Part shown: positions 1-6,024 of the stretch, piece after piece | Layout: each line of letters begins with the position of its first letter | How positions within the stretch are numbered: position 1 is the stretch's first letter | Notes under the pieces: model-generated | Database searches by the model: none | The model's input: only the letters and a program-made list of their open reading frames with translations | What the model was told of the DNA's origin: nothing | Assembly: GCA_031367385.1 (NCBI GenBank) | Contig: JANLPS010000407.1 | Coordinates: 1 to 12,932 of the forward strand | Reading direction: 5' to 3' | DNA: 12,932 nucleotides | Origin: Archangium sp. | GTDB taxonomy: Bacteria; Myxococcota; Myxococcia; Myxococcales; Myxococcaceae | Position numbers and translations under genes: made by a program

Positions 1-1222
1 CCAGCGGTGCCGACAGGTCGCCCGAGTGCCGAGCCTTGGAGCCCCACAACAGCCGCAGGCCGACCTTCGAGGTGACCGGGGCTCGCGGCGCCTGTGCCAC
101 CAAACGCGCTTCGACTTTCTCACCCAGAATGTCGCCGCAGCCTCGAATCTCAGCGCGAGCCGCTCGACCGAGAATTCGAAAGTGGGTGCCGCTTTCATCG
201 CGCGCGACGATCACTCCGAGATCATCGGTCAAAATCGAAATACCCGGGTACGAGTGCGGCAACGGAGTGACGAACTGCAGCAACCCGACGCTGCCGTCTG
301 CGGCCGGCTTCAGGGTGTGCGGGTCGCGAACGATGACCTCTGCGAACGCGGGCGGGCGTTTCAGGCCATCGGCACCGTCCGGGTACACCACGCCCATTTG
401 CTCAGTGAAACCGTACACATCGACGACATGGGCCGCAGTCACGCCGAACACCCGCGAGGTCGTTTGGTTGAACTCGGCCTTGTCGACGCGTTGCTGCTCG
501 AGCTTCTTCCAGCCTCCGATGTGGAGCACTTGCGAGCCTGGAGGCAACGCGAAGTGCTGCCCCGAGCGCGCCACCGGCATCACGCCGTAGAGGTACAGCA
601 CGTAGGTGAACCCGAACAGCACCACCGGTTCGCCGAGCTCGGTGGCGGCCTTCAAAACCTCGGTCAACTTGGGCTGGTCGAGCACCAATGCACCGGCGGC
701 ATCGGTGGTCATCACGTACTCGACGGTGCGGGCGGCGTTGAGCATGCCTCCGACCGCAGCGCTTCGAGCGCCGAGTGAGGGGCCGCCGCTCGAGGGCTTC
801 ACGTCGAACACGATGAACGGCCGGCGTTTCGGGCCGAGCACCGCCGTCATCACCGAGCCCAGCGCGCGTACCTGCCGACGGCTGGTGACCTTGTCGAGCG
901 AGAGCTGGCTGGGCACGCCGCTGGTGGCCGACGACTCGAGCTTCGAGCGAATGTCGCCCGCGTCGACTGAAATCAGCGACGACGAGCGCAGCTTGAAGGC
1001 GTGTACGGGCAAATACGGCAGGTCTTCGACCGACGCGAACACCTGCGCGCCAGTCACCCCGCGGCGCTCGCAGTACCGGCGATACCCGCTGCTGTGCGCG
1101 AAGTGATGGGCGTGCTCGGCCGTGAGTGCCTCGAGCAACAAAGCCTTCTTCACCGACGCCTTGAGCCCGAACGCCGGAGCTTGCAACAGCTGGTCGACCG
1201 CCGACTCAACGCCGTCACTCAT
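1..1222 (-). CDS. LuxE-family acyl-protein synthetase, 3'-partial; probable LuxE-LuxC (RfbN/WbeN-like) fusion
   Basis: Not in the ORF track because it has no stop in the window. Manual translation from ATG 1222 (GGAGG upstream; alternative in-frame ATG at 1240) is open for 407 codons: MSDGVESAVDQLLQAPAF...LPYLPVHAFK...ESSATSGVPSQLSLDK...LFGFTY...LHIGGWKKL...DVYGFTEQMG...SYPGISILTDDLG...FRILGRAARAEIRGCGD. These are LuxE hallmark motifs, including the acyl-accepting Cys (codon 362, nt 137-139). Confidence 0.9.
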   Translation of the reverse strand, partial: MSDGVESAVDQLLQAPAFGLKASVKKALLLEALTAEHAHHFAHSSGYRRYCERRGVTGAQVFASVEDLPYLPVHAFKLRSSSLISVDAGDIRSKLESSATSGVPSQLSLDKVTSRRQVRALGSVMTAVLGPKRRPFIVFDVKPSSGGPSLGARSAAVGGMLNAARTVEYVMTTDAAGALVLDQPKLTEVLKAATELGEPVVLFGFTYVLYLYGVMPVARSGQHFALPPGSQVLHIGGWKKLEQQRVDKAEFNQTTSRVFGVTAAHVVDVYGFTEQMGVVYPDGADGLKRPPAFAEVIVRDPHTLKPAADGSVGLLQFVTPLPHSYPGISILTDDLGVIVARDESGTHFRILGRAARAEIRGCGDILGEKVEARLVAQAPRAPVTSKVGLRLLWGSKARHSGDLSAPL

Positions 1223-1294
1223 CGCGAAACCCGCCTCCATCCGTTCGTGCTGAGGAACTCGAAGCACCCTGAATCGCCGCCTTCAGCCGAGCGG

Positions 1295-2407
1295 TCATGA
1301 CAGCCGCTCCCAGAATTGGTGCACATCGTCACTGCTGAGCTCGCGAGGGTTCGCGCGCGCGCACGGGTCACGCAACGCGGCTTCGACGAGCGCAGACGTG
1401 AGCAAGGGCGGCACAAACCGCGTGAGCCCAGCCCGCTGAGCCAGCGTCTCGCACGCCACGGCGAGCCCCTCTGAATCTGAAAACCCGAGTCGCGCACCCA
1501 GTGCATCGTACTTGCGGCGAATCGGCTCCAACTGACAGTTGAACCGAATCGCGTGCGGCAACAAGGCGCCGGTCGCCGCCCCGTGCGAGTGACCCGTCAA
1601 CTGGTGCGCAAGCGCGTGCCCGATGCCCGGCACCTTCTGATTCTGCACCCACCCCGCCATCACCGCCGCGCTGTGCAGCTCGAGCTGACTCTCGACATCG
1701 GTCGGGTTCTCCAACCTCACCGGGAGCGCCCGAAAAATCACCCGCGCGGCCGCCTCGGCCTGCACATCGGCGAACGCACTTTCATGCCTCGAACCGAAAC
1801 CCTCCAGCGCATGCGCCAACGCATCCATCGCGCCGTGCGCGACCACCAACCCCGGAGCCCCCAGCGAAAACGCAGGGTCGATCAGCACCACATCGGGCAA
1901 GAGCTCATGCGAGACCAGGCTGCGTTTCTCACCCGACACTCCATCGATGAACATCGCCGCCGAGCTGACCTCCGACCCCGCACCGGCCACCGTCGGTACC
2001 GCGCAAAACCGCGCCCGCCCCCGCAACGACGGCAATGAAAACGCCCTGAGGTCGAGCGTCGTCGACGGGTGCTCGTACATCGCCCACGCCAACTTCGCCG
2101 AGTCGAGCACCGCGCCTCCACCGACCGCGACGATCCAATCGGGTCGCATCGCATCGAGTTGGCCAGCGAGGCCCTGCGCATGCTGAAGCGTCGGCTCACC
2201 TGAAGGCCCCTCGAAGAACGCATGCTCGGCCGGCCCAAGCGCGGCGACGATGCTGCGGCGACGCTCCGAATCGGTCGGCGCCGCCCTGCCACACACCACC
2301 GCCACCGAGGTCGCGTCGAGCGCGCGCAAAGCACCGATCGCGCCACGACCACTGATGATCTCACCCGCCGAAACGAACCTCGGGAGCGGAATTCGCGCAC
2401 GCAACAT
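1295..2407 (-). CDS. Iron-containing (family III) alcohol dehydrogenase, RfbM/WbeM-like position
   Basis: 370 aa. Motifs VGGGAVLDSAK, PTVAGAGSEVS, metal ligands in MDALAHALEG, GIGHALAHQL and HSHG, and C-terminal ANPR. Starts 3 nt after the ligase stop. Confidence 0.92.
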   Translation of the reverse strand: MLRARIPLPRFVSAGEIISGRGAIGALRALDATSVAVVCGRAAPTDSERRRSIVAALGPAEHAFFEGPSGEPTLQHAQGLAGQLDAMRPDWIVAVGGGAVLDSAKLAWAMYEHPSTTLDLRAFSLPSLRGRARFCAVPTVAGAGSEVSSAAMFIDGVSGEKRSLVSHELLPDVVLIDPAFSLGAPGLVVAHGAMDALAHALEGFGSRHESAFADVQAEAAARVIFRALPVRLENPTDVESQLELHSAAVMAGWVQNQKVPGIGHALAHQLTGHSHGAATGALLPHAIRFNCQLEPIRRKYDALGARLGFSDSEGLAVACETLAQRAGLTRFVPPLLTSALVEAALRDPCARANPRELSSDDVHQFWERLS

Positions 2408-2410
2408 CGG

Positions 2411-4000
2411 CTACTCCTTGACCTGTTCGGCCACCGCGGTTCGCAGCTGGGGCCGCAGCACTTTGCCCGTTGCCGACCGGGGTATCGCGGTCAGCAACAC
2501 CACCCGCGTTGGAACTTTGTATTGCTCGAGCTGCTCGGCGCAAAAGCGCAAGCACGCGTCGGCGTCGAACCCCTCACCCGCCACCACCGCTGCCACCAAC
2601 GTCTCGCTGGTTTTCGAGCCGAGGCCCTCAACGCCCGCCACCGCCACGTCGCGAACCCCAGCGGCCGCGGCCAGCACCCGTTCGACCTCGAGCGGGTTCA
2701 CCTTGTAGCCGCCGACGTTGATCAGCTCTTTGAGACGGCCAGTTAGAAACACGTGCCCATCGTCATCGAGGCGCCCGAGGTCACCGCTGCGAAACCACCC
2801 ATCGTCGAAGGCGTGTGCGGTCTCGGGCTCATTGCGCCAGTACCCCTGGGTGACCGTTGGCGCCTTGATCTGCAGCTCTCCATTCACCACCCGAACCTGC
2901 ACGCCCTTCATCGGCGTGCCCACCGAGCGGTACATCGAAGGGCCAGCCTTGGTCAGCGAAATGAACGTCGTTCGCGAGGCCTCGGTGAGCCCGTAATACA
3001 CGAACACCTCGAGCTTCGGCAGCAGGGCCCGCAACTGCTCGGTTCGCTCGGGAGGCAGCGCCGCCGAATTGATCACCGAGAACCGCAGCCCCTTGCCCAG
3101 GTCGCCGAGCACCGACGAAAACTGATCCAGCAGCAACCCGAACCCCAACGGAGTACCGGGGAAACCCGTCGCCCCGAAATCACGCAGCGACTTGAGCACC
3201 CGCCCCGGCCGCGTGAGCCCGTTGTGCAGCATCACTGCGCCACCCGAGCGAAGGTTGCAGTACAGGTGGCCCAACCCGAAGCTGTGCGTCAGCGGCAGAG
3301 TCACCACTTCGCGATCGGCCTTCGAGTAGTTCACGAATTCGCAAATATTCGCGACCGCGGCCATCACGTTGCGGTGGCTCAATCGAACGCCACGAGGCAG
3401 GCCGGTCGAGCCCGTGGTGTACATCAACGCGGCGAGCGATTCGTCGTCATCACCCAGCGTCGCGTCGAGGCCAGGGCCGCGTTCGAGGGCCTCGAGCGAG
3501 GCGGCGATGAGCCCCGAAGTGCCTAATTCTGCAGGCGATTTCTCGGTCGCCCCCGCCACTTCGGCCGCGCCGGTCGATGTACTGCATGCAGTACAATTTT
3601 GTACTGCAGGGTCGTTCGCAGCGGCGAGCACCGGCCCGTCGACCACTACCCGAAGCCCTGCGAAATGAACCGACAGTGACGGTTCTGCAATCGCCAACAC
3701 CGGCTGACAATCTGCGATCAACCCCGCCACGCTCTGCGCGGTCGACTTCGGGTCGCATGGCACGCTCACCCCACCCGCCGCGAGCACCGCGAAGTGCGAG
3801 ATCACGAAGCTCACCGTATTCGGCAGCGCCACAATCACCCGGTCTCCAGGCGCCACTCCCAGCGAACGCAGCCCGCCCGCGACCGCGAGCACCGCCTCGC
3901 GCAATTGCCCGAAACTCATCTGCCGCCGCTCGTCGGCGACGGCCAGCGCCTGCTCGTCTTCGCACGCCAACACGAAATGCTCGAGGCGCGCCACGCTCAC
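2411..4000 (-). CDS. ANL-family adenylate-forming enzyme (acyl-CoA/acyl-ACP ligase), RfbL/WbeL-like position
   Basis: 529 aa. A3 YTTGSTGLPRG, A5 YYGLTE, A7 FRSGDLG, A8 GRLKELINVGGYKVNPLEVE, A10 PRSATGKV. GTG start overlaps the upstream ACP stop (GTGA). Confidence 0.93.
   Translation of the reverse strand: MSVARLEHFVLACEDEQALAVADERRQMSFGQLREAVLAVAGGLRSLGVAPGDRVIVALPNTVSFVISHFAVLAAGGVSVPCDPKSTAQSVAGLIADCQPVLAIAEPSLSVHFAGLRVVVDGPVLAAANDPAVQNCTACSTSTGAAEVAGATEKSPAELGTSGLIAASLEALERGPGLDATLGDDDESLAALMYTTGSTGLPRGVRLSHRNVMAAVANICEFVNYSKADREVVTLPLTHSFGLGHLYCNLRSGGAVMLHNGLTRPGRVLKSLRDFGATGFPGTPLGFGLLLDQFSSVLGDLGKGLRFSVINSAALPPERTEQLRALLPKLEVFVYYGLTEASRTTFISLTKAGPSMYRSVGTPMKGVQVRVVNGELQIKAPTVTQGYWRNEPETAHAFDDGWFRSGDLGRLDDDGHVFLTGRLKELINVGGYKVNPLEVERVLAAAAGVRDVAVAGVEGLGSKTSETLVAAVVAGEGFDADACLRFCAEQLEQYKVPTRVVLLTAIPRSATGKVLRPQLRTAVAEQVKE
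3578..3608. repeat. Three alternating-orientation copies of TGTACTGCA forming two overlapping palindromes
   Basis: TGTACTGCA (3578-3586), TGCAGTACA (3587-3595), ATTT, TGTACTGCA (3600-3608). Confidence 0.9.
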
Positions 4001-4272
4001 GACGCGGTGGCCTGCGCTCTGACCACCGCCGCCACCAGGTCATTGAACGTCTCGATGTCGATCGCCTCGGCCACGTCAAACACCAGCCCAAGATCCGCCT
4101 CGACCGCCTGCAGCAACGTCACCTGACCAATCGAATCCCACTGGGGGAGGTCGCCCGCGCCCAAAGCGTCGTGAAAGACGCTCGGTTCGATCTTCAACGT
4201 CTTGCAGGTCAAGGCCCGCAACCGGGCCCGCACGACTTCGTCTGATGAATTCACGCTCTGGGTCTCTTTCAT
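3997..4272 (-). CDS. Acyl carrier protein 2 (91 aa), RfbK/WbeK-like position
   Basis: C-terminal 91 aa of track ORF 3997..4719: MKETQ...GDLPQWDSIGQVTLLQAVEADLGLVFDVAEAIDIETFNDLV. It has the WDS phosphopantetheine Ser and an acidic ACP profile. ATG 4272 overlaps the SDR stop (ATGA). Confidence 0.88.
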   Translation of the reverse strand: MKETQSVNSSDEVVRARLRALTCKTLKIEPSVFHDALGAGDLPQWDSIGQVTLLQAVEADLGLVFDVAEAIDIETFNDLVAAVVRAQATAS

Positions 4273-5021
4273 TGGGCCGTCAGGCCTCCATCGATGACCA
4301 GCGTCGAGCCGGTCACCCAGCGCGCGTCGTCTGAAGCCAGGTACGCAATCGCGGCCGCGACATCTTCGGGTTTGCCCAACCCCAGCGGGTGCGACTTCGC
4401 GATCGCCTCGACCTGCGGCGCAGGCAACGTCGCGAAGAACCGCTCCGACATCGGCGTCTCGACCACCCCCGCTGCGATCGCGTTGACGCGAATTTTTCGC
4501 GACGCCACCTCGAGCGCGAGCGATCTCGTCATCGCCAACAGCGCCGCCTTCGCCGCCGCGTACTCGCCAACCCCGGCGCCCCCAGAGAGCGCCACCGCCG
4601 AAGACAACACCACCACCGACGCACCCTCGGGCCGCGCCGCGCGCATGAAACACCGCGCCACGTTCATCGCGCTGATCACGTTGTCTTTGAACATCTGCTC
4701 GGCGTTCGCCGCTTTCCACGTCGGGTGCGGGCGAACCGCATGCGAGCCCGCGCCCAACACCGCAGCCGCCAGGGGCCCCGCCGCCTCTTTGAGCGACTTG
4801 AAGAGCTCATTGACCGCTTTCTCGTCGGTCAGATCGCACGCCCGCGTCAGATGGCCTTCACCACGCAAGCTCGCCACCGCTGCAGCCAGCCGCTGCTCGT
4901 TGCGCGCGACCAACACCACCCGCGCGCCTTCCGAAGCAAACCGCTGTGCCGCCGCCAGGCCAATGCCCGACGAACCGCCTGTCACCAAGACGGTGCGACC
5001 TTCGAATCGGCCCGCGCTCAT
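4269..5021 (-). CDS. SDR family oxidoreductase, FabG-like (probable acyl-ACP ketoreductase)
   Basis: 250 aa. TGGSSGIG Rossmann motif, catalytic Ser in LSSAV and YAAAK, IRVNAIAAG, and VTGSTLVIDGG. ATGA overlaps on both sides. Confidence 0.93.
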   Translation of the reverse strand: MSAGRFEGRTVLVTGGSSGIGLAAAQRFASEGARVVLVARNEQRLAAAVASLRGEGHLTRACDLTDEKAVNELFKSLKEAAGPLAAAVLGAGSHAVRPHPTWKAANAEQMFKDNVISAMNVARCFMRAARPEGASVVVLSSAVALSGGAGVGEYAAAKAALLAMTRSLALEVASRKIRVNAIAAGVVETPMSERFFATLPAPQVEAIAKSHPLGLGKPEDVAAAIAYLASDDARWVTGSTLVIDGGLTAQ

Positions 5022-5236
5022 CGAACCGAGAGCGCGACGATGTCGCCGTAGGTGCGCAGTTTGCCGACCTCTGACTGAGCGACCGAGAGGCCGATTTCAT
5101 CGAGCGCCACCATCAGCGTGAGCACCTTGAGCGAGTCGTAGCCGGGCACCTCTTCGAGCACCGTGGTCTCGGCCAACGTCGACGGCTCGACCTCCAGCAC
5201 TTCGCCAACGGTCGTCCGCAGCAATTCCTGGTTCAT
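5018..5236 (-). CDS. Acyl carrier protein 1
   Basis: MNQELLRTTVGEVLEVEPSTLAETTVLEEVPGYDSLKVLTLMVALDEIG...LRTYGDIV, with a DSL attachment motif. AAAGGG upstream. The start may be ATG 5236 or 5242. Confidence 0.88.
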   Translation of the reverse strand: MNQELLRTTVGEVLEVEPSTLAETTVLEEVPGYDSLKVLTLMVALDEIGLSVAQSEVGKLRTYGDIVALSVR

Positions 5237-5288
5237 GAGCATTTTCCCTTTCAAGACGAGTGTTCTGTCGAAGAGCGGGTGACGCCGC

Positions 5289-5957
5289 TTACGCGGGTCT
5301 GCTCACCACCCGGGCTGGGACCCCCACCACCGAGGTGAGCGGGCTGACAGACCGAATGACCATCGAGTTGCTACCGACCGTTGCGCCTTGGCCAATAACG
5401 ACCTTTGGGTGCACCGTAGCATTGGCGCCAATGCGCGCAAACCGTTCGACCCTGCAGTTGCCGTTCACCCGCGCGCCTGGGTAGACGTGTGAGAAGGGCT
5501 CCATCACCACGTGGTGCCCGATGCCTGCGCTCGCGTTGACGCTCACGAAGTCGCCCAACGTCGCACACGGAGCCACCACGCTCAGCGGCCCCACATACAC
5601 CCCGCGCCCGAAGGTCACTTCTTTGCCTACAACCACCGAGGGGTGAATCAGCGTCGCGGGCTCCCAGTCGGGCAACTCGGCGATTCGGTCGGCCACCTTG
5701 GCCCGCACCCGAGGCTCACCAAGCCCCGGAAACCAATAGATTTTGCCCTGCAGCGTGGGAGCGATGGTCTTCGCCGACCCCAGCACCCGGTGCCCGTAGA
5801 TCACCTGCCCCCACGTCTGCGGGTTGTCGTCGACGAAGCCGAGAATCTCCCAAGGCGCGTCGGCGCGACTGGCCTCGTTGATGGCCTCGGCGGCCCACAG
5901 CCCTTCGATGCCACACCCACCACACCCGACGACGATCAATCTTTTTTTCTCGGCCAC
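5289..5957 (-). CDS. PglD/NeuD/PerB-family sugar N/O-acyltransferase (Rossmann-like N-domain plus left-handed beta-helix)
   Basis: LIVVGCGGCG N-terminal motif, ILGFVDD, ATLIHPSVVVG, hexapeptide repeats with catalytic His position GIGHH, and C-terminal VVGVPAR. The start is most plausibly GTG 5957 (alternative GTG 5984). The track extension to 6185 overlaps the kinase and is rejected. Confidence 0.88.
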   Translation of the reverse strand: MAEKKRLIVVGCGGCGIEGLWAAEAINEASRADAPWEILGFVDDNPQTWGQVIYGHRVLGSAKTIAPTLQGKIYWFPGLGEPRVRAKVADRIAELPDWEPATLIHPSVVVGKEVTFGRGVYVGPLSVVAPCATLGDFVSVNASAGIGHHVVMEPFSHVYPGARVNGNCRVERFARIGANATVHPKVVIGQGATVGSNSMVIRSVSPLTSVVGVPARVVSRPA

Positions 5958-6024
5958 GCGCGCGACGCTACACGCTTTTCTCACCGCCTCCACCTTCAAC
6001 CCGCTACAGTCTGCGCTCTTCAAA
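5958..6024. promoter_or_regulatory. Compact divergent promoter region
   Basis: 67 bp between divergent starts. TAnnnT hexamers are TAGCGT (minus, 5965-5970, 7 nt before GTG 5957) and TACAGT (plus, 6005-6010). No clear -35 boxes. Confidence 0.4.

Noticed and set aside
1..1222. Bioluminescence (lux) operon
   Set aside because: No luxA, luxB or luxD in the window. The context (ACPs, ligase, Fe-ADH, sugar acyltransferase) fits acyl-donor synthesis for glycans.
1215..1298. 27-codon minus-strand ORF starting at the ATGA overlap with the ADH stop
   Set aside because: Short, featureless and out of frame with the LuxE-like gene, which has its own GGAGG. A translational coupling role cannot be supported from sequence alone.
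26..1300. Plus-strand ORFs 26..778, 36..590, 606..1106 and 1001..1300
   Set aside because: Antisense shadows of the LuxE-like gene with no recognisable motifs; long shadow ORFs are expected at high GC.
3586..3597. CTAC (CxxC) in the ligase as a metal or redox site
   Set aside because: It falls inside the DNA palindrome and is more simply a by-product of that sequence.
4273..4719. N-terminal 149 aa of track ORF 3997..4719
   Set aside because: Out-of-frame overlap with the SDR. Only the portion from ATG 4272 looks like a real protein (ACP).
5942..5948. A7 run near the acyltransferase 5' end (also A7 at 8022-8028) as a phase-variation tract
   Set aside because: Too short, explained by Lys codons, and both frames are intact.
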